64,000 nucleotides of DNA from Candidatus Roizmanbacteria bacterium RIFOXYC1_FULL_41_16 (GTDB taxonomy: Bacteria; Patescibacteriota; Microgenomatia; UBA1406): assembly GCA_001788295.1 (NCBI GenBank), contig MGBO01000021.1, forward strand, positions 74,003 to 138,002, read 5' to 3'. Below are positions 41,554 to 50,468 of this stretch, one piece after another; the stretch's first letter is position 1, and every line of letters starts with the position of its first letter. A model generated the notes under the pieces. The model worked only from the letters and a program-made list of their open reading frames with translations. It had not been told where the DNA came from and did not search any database. The translations under genes and the position numbers were made by a program.

Positions 41554-42904
41554 ATTAGTCATTTATCTTTATAATGTTGTTGAGGATGAATGGTCTTTTA
41601 TTTCCTCGCTCTCCAATCCGATTGAGCAGGCCCAAGAAATCGACAGTTCGCGTACTAGTGTCGATACTTATTTTTTGGGTTATGCCAATGGCCAAAACTT
41701 GTTGTTTGTTTCACCGATAAAAATTAGTTCCGATTTCCAGCGTTATACCAAAAATCTTACTAATTACAAAAATACACAGGTTGTCGTTCCTCAGGCTCAC
41801 TCTCACTTGCTCTGTCTTGATCTGATAAATGACAAGCAAACTTTAGAGGCGCTCATCACTGAGGCCAAGAAATATCAAAAAATTACTCTCATCAGCTATG
41901 CTGCCACTCCGGAATTTTTCCAACTCAAGCAAGTTTTAATTAATAAAGACCTGAATATTTATTGTCCCGAAGCGCCGGAAATTGAAAGCGCCTGGACAGT
42001 TAATTTTTTTGGCAGCAAGAGTGGAATCCGTCAGTTGGCTCAGAAAAGTGCGGCCGTAGAACCGGACTTTACCATGCCAGAGGGAGTAATCGTTGTGGGC
42101 ATTTATAATGCGGCCAAAATCGCCGCCAATAAGTACATCAAGCAAAAAGGAGTGGTGATCAAGACCAATAAAGGCAGCAGCGGCAATGGTTTGCTTATTT
42201 TCCGCGAGAACGATTTGCCCAATGATTATCTAAGTTGTGAGCAAAAGCTGACTGAAATATTAAAATCCGAACCCTATTGGGAGCGCTTCCCGATAATTGT
42301 CGAGGATTTGATCAGTATTAATTATGGTGTGGCCAATGGCTATCCCAATGTCGAATTTAAAATCCACAAAAGCGGTCGCATTGAGATGCTTTATTACTGC
42401 TCACTTGCCGTCACCAAGGACGGTGCTTTTCTGGGAATTGACATTCATGAAGACATTATCAACGATCGGCTGTCCACTATGATTGTTGATACCGGTTATT
42501 TTGTGGCCGAACGACTAGCCGCCGAGGGTTACCGCGGCTATTTTGACATTGATATGATTGCCGGTAAAAATAACAAAATCTACGTCTGCGAAACCAACAC
42601 CAGAAATACCGGCGGCACTGATATTTACAAGCTGGTGTTGCGATTGATCGGCAAAGAATTTATGGATGAGCGCTATATTTTAAGCCGTACTCATTACCAT
42701 TTGGCCAAAGCTGTCCGCTTTGAGGAAATTCTCTCCAGTCTCAAATCATTGCTTTACAACCGCCGAAACAAAGAAGGCCTGATCATTAATTCGGCCAGCC
42801 GCCTCAAACAGCAGGAACTGATTTACACTATTATCGGCAAGAATAAACGCCGCGCGTACCAAACGGAACAGGAAGTGTTCAAGATCCTAAAGTCGCTTAA
42901 TTAA
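41543..42904 (+). CDS. ATP-grasp superfamily ligase (PGM1-like peptide/amide ligase), paralog A
   Basis: C-terminal GYRGYFDIDMIAGKNNKIYVCETNTRNTGGT block (ATP-grasp E-x-N plus R). Pre-ATP-grasp N-terminal domain. Start ATGA overlaps the stop of the upstream gene. Confidence 0.5.
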   Translation: MTSELVIYLYNVVEDEWSFISSLSNPIEQAQEIDSSRTSVDTYFLGYANGQNLLFVSPIKISSDFQRYTKNLTNYKNTQVVVPQAHSHLLCLDLINDKQTLEALITEAKKYQKITLISYAATPEFFQLKQVLINKDLNIYCPEAPEIESAWTVNFFGSKSGIRQLAQKSAAVEPDFTMPEGVIVVGIYNAAKIAANKYIKQKGVVIKTNKGSSGNGLLIFRENDLPNDYLSCEQKLTEILKSEPYWERFPIIVEDLISINYGVANGYPNVEFKIHKSGRIEMLYYCSLAVTKDGAFLGIDIHEDIINDRLSTMIVDTGYFVAERLAAEGYRGYFDIDMIAGKNNKIYVCETNTRNTGGTDIYKLVLRLIGKEFMDERYILSRTHYHLAKAVRFEEILSSLKSLLYNRRNKEGLIINSASRLKQQELIYTIIGKNKRRAYQTEQEVFKILKSLN

Positions 42905-44250
42905 TTCAGAAACCCACCCAAGGCTTTTTTAAGTGCCTCAGAATAACTCGTGACCTCATCATGACTGTTGCCAAAAATCGCCGGAACCAGAATTTTCTCC
43001 GACAACATATCAGGGTTAACAATGACAATCCCCTTTGTCTGACCAGGCTTCAACATTAACGGTTCGATTTTGGCTTTCAGTTCCTGATAAGATAAGGCCT
43101 GCTTTAATTTCAAATCCAAGCTCATTAAATAATATTTATCCCAGTAGCCCTCTCCCAATAAGGCCTCTGCCAGTTCATGCAAGTGTGTCCCGCCGGTCCG
43201 CCTAAGATTAGCCTCCACCGCAAAAGCACGACCCTCTTTATCCACAACCATGTCGATGTCAAAACAGCCACGATAGCCCTTATCAGATAAAACTTTACCC
43301 AAGGCCATTCCGGCTTGCTTTGCCGCTTGCATTTGTGGAGATTTTAAAAGCTCCGGATGAATATAGACGCCAATAAATTTCTTGCCCTGCTCCAAAATCT
43401 GCTCGCAAGGATAGGAAAAGTCAACTTGGCCAGTTTCATTAATAAACAACTCCACGTTCGGACTGCCTCCAAATTTGCTGGAATCAGGCTCAATCAGCGC
43501 CTCCACTATCACTGCCGGCTCCTGCCACAAGGTTTCGGTCAAACGACTTTTTAGTTGCTGTAAAAAAGTGGTTTTATCTGAAGCAAAGTCTGCGACTCTG
43601 TTTAAAACAATTCCCATCCCCTGCACGCCACGGTTGTACTTAATAACAAAACTACGATTATGGCTCCGAAACCACCAAGCCGCTTCAAGAGCTTCCTTTA
43701 AATCACCACAGATATAACCCTCAGGAATATTAATATCAGTCCGAAAATCATCAAGCACTCCTGACCATAAGTGCCGAAACCCACGCTTGGTATTGTAGTA
43801 ATTAAGGATAAATTCGTCGCTTCCGGCAATCAGCTCCGGCGTCTTAAAATCCAGCTTTTCTTGTCGCAAAGATTCCACCAATTGATGAAACTCCGGCGTT
43901 GAGCGATACTGAATCAAGGCAATGCCCGGATTTTGCTTTATTAAAGTTATTAGTTGTTTTCTTAAATCTAAATTATTAACAATATCCAAACTGATGCTGG
44001 GATTAGGCTTGGATGGAAACAGGTTCAATACATTTTGCCAACCGGTAATTTGCTTAAGATCACTTAAATATTCTGGATTGATCGGATAAGAAGTTATAAT
44101 TGCCTTATTGTCGGCTCCATATAAAACAGCTCGATTGGCTTCCAAAAAATCATAACGATACCAGTTTAGTTTTTCCTGCTCCGGCAGTTGATCATAACCA
44201 CGGTAATAGCTTTCCAAAACGTTAGAGATGTAAACTGTCTGAAACTTCAT
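42901..44250 (-). CDS. ATP-grasp superfamily ligase (PGM1-like), paralog B
   Basis: Collinear with paralog A (…GYRGCFDIDMVVDKEGRAFAVEANLRRTGGT…). Convergent; its stop overlaps within TTAATTAA. Confidence 0.5.
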   Translation of the reverse strand: MKFQTVYISNVLESYYRGYDQLPEQEKLNWYRYDFLEANRAVLYGADNKAIITSYPINPEYLSDLKQITGWQNVLNLFPSKPNPSISLDIVNNLDLRKQLITLIKQNPGIALIQYRSTPEFHQLVESLRQEKLDFKTPELIAGSDEFILNYYNTKRGFRHLWSGVLDDFRTDINIPEGYICGDLKEALEAAWWFRSHNRSFVIKYNRGVQGMGIVLNRVADFASDKTTFLQQLKSRLTETLWQEPAVIVEALIEPDSSKFGGSPNVELFINETGQVDFSYPCEQILEQGKKFIGVYIHPELLKSPQMQAAKQAGMALGKVLSDKGYRGCFDIDMVVDKEGRAFAVEANLRRTGGTHLHELAEALLGEGYWDKYYLMSLDLKLKQALSYQELKAKIEPLMLKPGQTKGIVIVNPDMLSEKILVPAIFGNSHDEVTSYSEALKKALGGFLN

Positions 44251-44290
44251 ACTAGAAGAATGTAAAGTTTTTGTGTTAAAATGTCAAGAG

Positions 44291-44361
44291 TGCGGGTGTG
44301 GTTCAATGGTAGAACGAATCCCTTCCAAGGATTAGACGAGGGTTCGATTCCCTTCACCCGC
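44291..44361 (+). tRNA. tRNA-Gly (anticodon TCC)
   Basis: GCGGGTG-TG-GTTCAATGGTAGAAC-G-AATCC-CTTCCAA-GGATT-AGAC-GAGGGTTCGATTCCCTT-CACCCGC-T. CCA not encoded. Confidence 0.85.
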
Positions 44362-44557
44362 TCATGGAATTGTCACCGGAGACTACCCAAATTGTACTAG
44401 AATCGGTTAAATGTCTATCAATTTCTATTCTCGGATACATAGGTCTTCTCGCCGGTATGGAATTAGGAGGTAGGATTGTCGGTTACCCTGGTAGAGGCTT
44501 AGAAACTCACGAACAAATTATGAAAACTATTAAATCAGCTTTTAAAAAAAATCGGAC

Positions 44558-45127
44558 CTAAATAAAATCTAGAAGAATAGGAATTTCTGTCACTCCACCA
44601 ACTTCTTTCATAAAATGTCCTTTATTGTGTTCAACTATAATTCTTGCTCCCAACTTCTGTTGATATGCTGATTTATTCTGATCTAAAGGAACCCAGGGAT
44701 CGTTATCCGAAAAAAGAGCGATAAAAATATTTGCTAGACGCTTTACTTTTTTATAATCTATGGGTGTTTCATACCATGGCTTTATAATTTCATGATCTTC
44801 GGGAAGCGGTAAAGCTTCTTCGCTCAATACCTCCCAGCCTGCGACAAGAATCACTTTATCTACTTTTTCATTTTGTTGATCCAAGTATCTTAAAATTGCC
44901 TGACAGCCCATTGAATGGCCAATCAGGATATCGCTTGACTCTAGCTGGCCAATAATTTTTTTAATTTTTTGTAGCCAGTCTGCCATCACAGGATAATCTG
45001 GATTGGGCATCATGAGGGCAGAGGCCTTATACCCTCTTTTTTTAAGCTCTTCTAATGCCCAAGGAAACCAATCCTTGTTATTTCTCCCTGTCCAACCATG
45101 AATAATAAAGGCTCGTTTTCCTTTCAT
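44558..45127 (-). CDS. Alpha/beta-fold serine hydrolase (YdeN/RBBP9-like, Ser_hydrolase family)
   Basis: IIHGWTG at the N-terminus and nucleophile elbow GHSMGC. Confidence 0.55.
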   Translation of the reverse strand: MKGKRAFIIHGWTGRNNKDWFPWALEELKKRGYKASALMMPNPDYPVMADWLQKIKKIIGQLESSDILIGHSMGCQAILRYLDQQNEKVDKVILVAGWEVLSEEALPLPEDHEIIKPWYETPIDYKKVKRLANIFIALFSDNDPWVPLDQNKSAYQQKLGARIIVEHNKGHFMKEVGGVTEIPILLDFI

Positions 45128-45191
45128 AAACTATATTTTACATCTTAGAACCTTCTGAAGTTAGATAAACCTATTCTGGCGATGTTTTCCC

Positions 45192-45220
45192 TTGACTATT
45201 GAATTTGGGCTCGGTATACT
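45192..45220 (+). promoter_or_regulatory. Sigma70-like promoter TTGACT-N17-TATACT for 5S rRNA
   Basis: -35 at 45192-45197 and -10 at 45215-45220, 6-7 nt upstream of the mature 5S 5' end. Confidence 0.45.
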
Positions 45221-45226
45221 TGTGTT

Positions 45227-45349
45227 TGCTCTGGTTATTTGTGCGAACTGGAACCACCTCTTCCCATTCCGAACAGAGTCGTGAAACGGTTAGAGCGCCA
45301 ACGATACTACGGGTTAACGCCCAATGGAAAATAGGTCATAGCCAGGGCA
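45227..45349 (+). rRNA. rrf: 5S ribosomal RNA
   Basis: Matches the 5S consensus core …CCACCUCUUCCCAUUCCGAACAGAGUCGUGAAACGGUUAGAGCGCCAACGAUACUACGGG…GCCAGGGCA. Helix I pairs the 5' UGCUCUGG with the 3' end. Followed by a U5 tract. Confidence 0.85.
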
Positions 45350-45359
45350 TTTTTTGTGC

Positions 45360-46982
45360 CTATAAAATCACCGGAATTACTTCAGGCGCACGCTCATAAC
45401 GGGTATTGATAAAACTGCTCAACTGATTGGTCAGTGCCTCAGCCAAAGATTTGTCTGATTTGGTCTGATTAATAATCCGATTAGCTAGGGCTTCCAAATC
45501 TTTATAAAAAGCCTGCTCATTATAAATAAAGCCTTTGGAAATCAGCTTTACTGATTTGTCCTTTACAATCACTACCAAAACGCCTTCTTTACCCAGACTC
45601 TGGCGTTCCTTAAGAATGGTTTCGCCCACATCCCCTACCGATCGGCCATCAACTAACATATCTCTCAATAGAATCTTTTTGTCAGTATGAACTTTGCCAG
45701 CCTCCAAAACCAATGGCTCACCATCGTGCAAGCGAATAATATCGGTTTCTTTGTAGCCCAGATCCTGCATCACGTTGGCATAAGCACGGCCGTGTTTGAC
45801 AGTCGTCCCAATAGGTACCAAGTACTGTGGCCGGGTTAGCCTCACCAGCAACCGATGATCGCCCTGTGAGCCGTGACCTGAGGTATGAAGCTGATCTCGG
45901 ATGGCGGTATAAATCACCTCTGCCCCAAGTTCAATCAAGCCCTCAATCACCTCTTGTACATGGGCCTCGTTGCCCGGAATCGGATCGGCTGAAAATAAAA
46001 TCCGATCCAAGTGCTGCACCCGAATAAAAGGGTGCTTGTTGCTCGAGATCTTATCCAATGCCGAATTAAACTCACCCTGAGAACCGGTAAGAATCACACA
46101 CACGCTTTTGGGCGGTAGTTTTTTTGCCTGGTCTTCGCCTATCACATGCTCACGATTAAGGCGGATATAGTTTTCGTTAATGGCTATCTCCATATTACGC
46201 TTCATGGTGCGACCGACAAAGCAAAGCTTACGGTTGAATTTCAGCGCCGCCTCCACGCACTGCTTGATCCGGGAAATATTGGAGGCAAAAGTGGTCATAA
46301 AAAACCGGCCCTTGGTCCGGCGCATTTCTTCTTCAAAAGTACTCCCCACAATCGCCTCGGAAAGAGTAAAGCCCTCGCGCTCGGCGCCTAAGGCATCTGA
46401 GAGAAGAACCTTAATGCCGCTTTCGCCAGCCCGATTGATTTCATTAAAGTCCGGCGGCGCTCCGTAGACCGGAGTCAAATCGAATTTGAAGTCTGAGCCG
46501 TGATAAACATTACCGGCCGGAGTTTGAATCAGAATATGGGTCGTGTCCGGAATCGAGTGGGTCATATGAATATAACGCGCTTTAAAAGCTCCAAACTGGT
46601 AATCCTGATGGAACTTGATCTGATTGATCTTGGCTTCTTTGAGGTTGAGTTCCTTGAGTTTTTCCTCAATCAGCAAAGCCGCCAGCTTGGGAGCAAAAAC
46701 CGGCGGAAACCCGAGTTGTGGCAAAATAAAAGGCGTGGCGCCGATATGATCATCATGTCCATGAGTGATCAACAGCGCTCTAATTAAATGCTTTTTGTCT
46801 TTTAAATAACTGGTGTCAGGAATGACAAAATCAACACCCAAATTGGATAACTCAGACACAAAACCGACACCGCAGTCTACCAGCAGAATATCTTTAATCT
46901 GGCCCTGGTCCCACAGTTCATAAACGAACATATTTTTAGTAACATTGGATTGTCCCCCAAAAGGAATAATTCTTAATTTCAT
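45360..46982 (-). CDS. rnj: Ribonuclease J
   Basis: MBL motif LITHGHDDHIG, beta-CASP and RNase-J C-terminal region. 540 aa. Confidence 0.85.
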   Translation of the reverse strand: MKLRIIPFGGQSNVTKNMFVYELWDQGQIKDILLVDCGVGFVSELSNLGVDFVIPDTSYLKDKKHLIRALLITHGHDDHIGATPFILPQLGFPPVFAPKLAALLIEEKLKELNLKEAKINQIKFHQDYQFGAFKARYIHMTHSIPDTTHILIQTPAGNVYHGSDFKFDLTPVYGAPPDFNEINRAGESGIKVLLSDALGAEREGFTLSEAIVGSTFEEEMRRTKGRFFMTTFASNISRIKQCVEAALKFNRKLCFVGRTMKRNMEIAINENYIRLNREHVIGEDQAKKLPPKSVCVILTGSQGEFNSALDKISSNKHPFIRVQHLDRILFSADPIPGNEAHVQEVIEGLIELGAEVIYTAIRDQLHTSGHGSQGDHRLLVRLTRPQYLVPIGTTVKHGRAYANVMQDLGYKETDIIRLHDGEPLVLEAGKVHTDKKILLRDMLVDGRSVGDVGETILKERQSLGKEGVLVVIVKDKSVKLISKGFIYNEQAFYKDLEALANRIINQTKSDKSLAEALTNQLSSFINTRYERAPEVIPVIL

Positions 46983-47008
46983 ATTTTTATTGTAACAATT
47001 TTTAATAT

Positions 47009-47692
47009 TTAGAACAGTTTTAAGACTTTGTCCAGGTCACCGGTAATAATCCGGTCAAGATTGTGAAAACTTTTGTTGAGCCGATGGTCAGTGAGCCGGT
47101 TTTGCGGAAAATTATAAGTCCGGATTTTTTCGGATCGCTCACCATGGCCGGCTGAGGCAGTAAAAGCCGAAATCACTCCCTGCCGCTTGTCTGCTTCAAT
47201 CTGTTCCAGTCGCCCCATTAATAAGGACAAAGCAATTTGCCTATTCTGAAACTGATTGCGTTCTCTGGAACAAGTCACCACCACACCAGAAGGCTTATGT
47301 GTCAAACGAACCGCCGTACTGACTTTATTGACGTTTTGGCCACCATGACCGCCACTACGGTAAAACTGCCAGTCCAAATCAGACGGATTAATCTTAATTT
47401 CATATTCGCTCACTTCAGGCGAAACCAAGACCAAAGCGGCTGATGTGTGAACCCGGCCATAGCGCTCAGTTGTTGGCACTCGCTGCACGCGGTGCACGCC
47501 GGTTTCGTTTTTTAGCAACAAAAAACAATTATCACCCTTGATTCTCATCAAATCATCCTCCAGCATGCTGCTTTGCCAGCTCTTTTTTTCGCAATATTTG
47601 CGATACATATTGAGCAGGTCGTCGGCCCAAATCTTGGCCTCTTCTCCACCCACTCCGGGTTTAACTTCCAACAAACAAACAGAGTTATTCAT
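47009..47692 (-). CDS. Class-I peptide chain release factor, RF1-like (PxT-type), lacking N-terminal domain 1
   Basis: GVHRVQRVPTTERYGRVHTSA (RF1 PxT anticodon-mimic region) and SGGHGGQNVNKVSTAVRLTH (GGQ). Alignment starts at about RF1 residue 110. Only 36 nt separate its start from rpmE. Confidence 0.65.
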   Translation of the reverse strand: MNNSVCLLEVKPGVGGEEAKIWADDLLNMYRKYCEKKSWQSSMLEDDLMRIKGDNCFLLLKNETGVHRVQRVPTTERYGRVHTSAALVLVSPEVSEYEIKINPSDLDWQFYRSGGHGGQNVNKVSTAVRLTHKPSGVVVTCSRERNQFQNRQIALSLLMGRLEQIEADKRQGVISAFTASAGHGERSEKIRTYNFPQNRLTDHRLNKSFHNLDRIITGDLDKVLKLF

Positions 47693-47728
47693 AACTAGAT
47701 TATATAATTTTTACAAAAAGAGTGGTTT

Positions 47729-48022
47729 TTAGGCAGACAACAGATCCTTAAGAGTTTTTTGTTGATAGGCTTTTTTATCACTGGCTTTTTTGGATTGTTC
47801 TTTACGCTTAGCCAAATAAGCTTTGGCAAAGGTTTGCTTGGCCATAAACTTCTCTACCTGGCCCTTGGTGTCCACAAAACGCTCTTCACCGGTAAACAGA
47901 GGGTGACATTTATAACAAGTCTCGACAAAGATTTTTTGTTTGGTTGATCCTACTTTAAAAGTATTACCACAGGCACAGCTAACTTCGGCTTGGTAATATT
48001 GAGGATGAATTTTAGCTTTCAT
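47729..48022 (-). CDS. rpmE: 50S ribosomal protein L31
   Basis: MKAKIHPQYY...CACGN...CYKCHPLFTG zinc-ribbon L31 signature. The ORF-track 5' extension is rejected. Confidence 0.85.
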   Translation of the reverse strand: MKAKIHPQYYQAEVSCACGNTFKVGSTKQKIFVETCYKCHPLFTGEERFVDTKGQVEKFMAKQTFAKAYLAKRKEQSKKASDKKAYQQKTLKDLLSA

Positions 48023-48067
48023 AGAATTACTAATTATATTACAAAATCTGGCAATACACAACCCCGG

Positions 48068-49186
48068 CTATTCGTATTGCCCAAGAACAACGGTTTTCTC
48101 TGATTTTTGGCCCTGATCCCAAACTTCCAAGATCAATTGATCACCGACCTCGTGTTCTTTAATCAGATTGGTAATGTCGTTTTCTTTGGTAATTTTTTGA
48201 CCATCAATCCTGCTGATTACCTGTCCCGGCTTGAGTCCGGCTTTGGCTGCATTGCTGTCTTCAACTACCTCCACAATATAAGCACCTTGAGCCAAATCAT
48301 TCATTACCGCTGTTTCTTTATCCAGCACTTTGTATCTGATGCCCAAAAACGGCCGGCTGATTTTGCCGCCTGACGCCTGATAATTAGCCAGTAGCTCCCT
48401 GATCACATTGGCCGGAATGGCAAAGCCAATATTCTGCCCCTCCTGAGATACAGCCGTATTAATGCCAATTACCTCACCACTGGAATTAAGAAGCGGCCCG
48501 CCGGAGTTACCGGGATTTATGGCCGCGTCGGTTTGAATCACATTATCCAGCCTCTCGACAAAGCTTTCAAGCGGACTGCCGGCCGTAATGCCACGGCCCA
48601 AACCGGAAATAATCCCGCTGGTCACGGTATTACGAAATTCTCCCAATGGAGTGCCAATCGCAATCGCAATCTGGCCCAGAGTAAGATTGTCAGAATCTGC
48701 CAAGGTCAAAGCCGGCAAAGAGCTGGCGTCAATTTTTATAATCGCCAGGTCGTTTAATGGATCGCGCAAAATCTGTTTGGTTTGATAAACTTTTTCGTCA
48801 TTAGTAATGATTTTATAAGTGGCATCAGTGTCGACCACCACGTGTTTATTGGTCACAATCAGGCCGTCTTGGCTCACAATAAAACCTGAACCAATACTCT
48901 GCTCTAGTGTTTCCTCAGTCCCGGGCTGAAGCTCAAGCGGACTATAGGGATCAAAAGGATTGAACTGCCAAACGTCAGCGCTGGTCGTGGTTTTTTTAAT
49001 CTGAACCGTGACTACTGAGGGCAGGGCTTTTTCCACAGCGTTAATTACCAAAGATTCTTCACTAATAACTTTGGTCTTGTTGGTTGTGGGTTTTTGATTC
49101 GGAGCAATTTGGGGCAAATAGCGCTTGTTGATGCCTATGACCACCAAAACAATAATAATCGCCGTTAAGAGCACGATTTTTTTCAT
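48068..49186 (-). CDS. htrA: HtrA/DegP-family serine protease with PDZ domain
   Basis: Trypsin-like GNSGGPL catalytic serine block, N-terminal TM anchor, C-terminal PDZ. Confidence 0.8.
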   Translation of the reverse strand: MKKIVLLTAIIIVLVVIGINKRYLPQIAPNQKPTTNKTKVISEESLVINAVEKALPSVVTVQIKKTTTSADVWQFNPFDPYSPLELQPGTEETLEQSIGSGFIVSQDGLIVTNKHVVVDTDATYKIITNDEKVYQTKQILRDPLNDLAIIKIDASSLPALTLADSDNLTLGQIAIAIGTPLGEFRNTVTSGIISGLGRGITAGSPLESFVERLDNVIQTDAAINPGNSGGPLLNSSGEVIGINTAVSQEGQNIGFAIPANVIRELLANYQASGGKISRPFLGIRYKVLDKETAVMNDLAQGAYIVEVVEDSNAAKAGLKPGQVISRIDGQKITKENDITNLIKEHEVGDQLILEVWDQGQKSEKTVVLGQYE

Positions 49187-49188
49187 TT

Positions 49189-50463
49189 TTATGGTATTAA
49201 AATATTAATCGCTTTTTGCAGTTGTGTGTCGGTTTTGTCCTCCAGAGTGTTACCGTCCTCCAGCTTAATCTCAATGTCAAAATCCGGCTCAATCCCTTTG
49301 CTGTTGATCCAGTCGCCTTTTGGCAGGATCCATTTAGCAATGGTAAGATGCAATCCGGTATTGTTTGTCAAATCCAGGGCTTCTTGCACCGAGCCCTTAC
49401 CAAAGCTTTTGCGGCCAACTAGTTCGGCCCGATCATAATCACGCAAGGCGCCGGCAAAAATTTCCGATGCCGAGGCTGAACCTTCATTAATCAAAATCAC
49501 GACCGGAATATCCAGCAACTGGCCGGTACGAGCCACTTTATATTCTTTGGCCGGTCTGTCGGCATACTCTTGCTTGATTACCAAGGAATTTATGGGCAAA
49601 AATTCAGAGGCCAAATAAACAGCCGCATCCAAATAGCCACCCGGATTACTCCGAACATCAATAATTAAGCCATTAATGGCTTTATTTTGCCATTTGGCCT
49701 TAACCTCAGCCACGGCCCTGTCCCATTCCCGAACGGTGTTGTCGCCAAAATTAGAAACCTTGATCATAGCCGCTTTGGAACAGTTTTTAGAACAGTTGGC
49801 GCGGGATTTATAGCTCAATTTGACCGATTCAATTTTAATCTGGTCACGCTTGATTTTGATTTCAAAATCCTGATTGTTTCTAAAAAGGGTCAATTTAACT
49901 ATGGTGTCTTTTTCGCCACGAATTTTGTCCACGGTCTGGGTAAGCGTCCAATTTTGAGTGGGCTGATCATCAACAGCCAAGATAATATCACCGGACCGTA
50001 CTCCGGCCGCTTTGGCTGGTGAATTTTCCAAAGGCGTCACTACCATAATCTGATTGTTCTTCATACCCAGTTCAGCCCCGATTCCTTCATACTTGCCGCC
50101 TAAATCATCCTTGCTTTGCTGATTTTCCTCAGGCGTCATAAAATATGAGTACGGATCCTCCAAACTTGCTACCAGTCCCTTGATCGCTCCATAGATCATC
50201 TGTTTGGGTTTCACCTTGCTCTGGTCGGCATATTTCTGCTCGATAAGAGCCCACACCGACCAAAAAAGGGCCATATTTTCAGGCTCCTGACTTGGCTTCA
50301 GGCTAGTAACCGAGGTGGTGGAATTAGCTGTTTTAGCTTGTTGTTTGGTTTTATACTCGCCCAATCGATAACCGGCCGCAAATACCAAAAATGTAACTGC
50401 CAAGATAAGCAATAAACTAGAGAATCGCTGCAGCTTTTTGTCTTGTATTTCGTTTTCAGTCAT
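49189..50463 (-). CDS. ctpA: Carboxyl-terminal processing protease (S41, tail-specific) with PDZ
   Basis: S41 blocks (…VILINEGSASASEIFAGAL…, K-containing DRAELVGRKSFGKG). N-terminal TM segment. Confidence 0.8.
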   Translation of the reverse strand: MTENEIQDKKLQRFSSLLLILAVTFLVFAAGYRLGEYKTKQQAKTANSTTSVTSLKPSQEPENMALFWSVWALIEQKYADQSKVKPKQMIYGAIKGLVASLEDPYSYFMTPEENQQSKDDLGGKYEGIGAELGMKNNQIMVVTPLENSPAKAAGVRSGDIILAVDDQPTQNWTLTQTVDKIRGEKDTIVKLTLFRNNQDFEIKIKRDQIKIESVKLSYKSRANCSKNCSKAAMIKVSNFGDNTVREWDRAVAEVKAKWQNKAINGLIIDVRSNPGGYLDAAVYLASEFLPINSLVIKQEYADRPAKEYKVARTGQLLDIPVVILINEGSASASEIFAGALRDYDRAELVGRKSFGKGSVQEALDLTNNTGLHLTIAKWILPKGDWINSKGIEPDFDIEIKLEDGNTLEDKTDTQLQKAINILIP

Positions 50464-50468
50464 TATCG

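Noticed and set aside
44364-44561. 65-aa ORF immediately after tRNA-Gly(TCC), considered as a possible precursor peptide for the ATP-grasp cluster
   Set aside because: Its start overlaps the tRNA 3' end with no RBS. The sequence has no Thr/Ser/Asp/Glu-rich core or GG leader motif. Kept only as a note.
45199-45399. 66-aa plus-strand ORF
   Set aside because: Lies entirely within the 5S rRNA gene and its flanks; an artefact of ORF calling over a structural RNA.
47693-47760. RF2-type programmed +1 frameshift (CUU UGA C) to explain the short release factor
   Set aside because: No frameshift motif and no upstream coding space. The protein carries the RF1-type PxT motif, not RF2 SPF.
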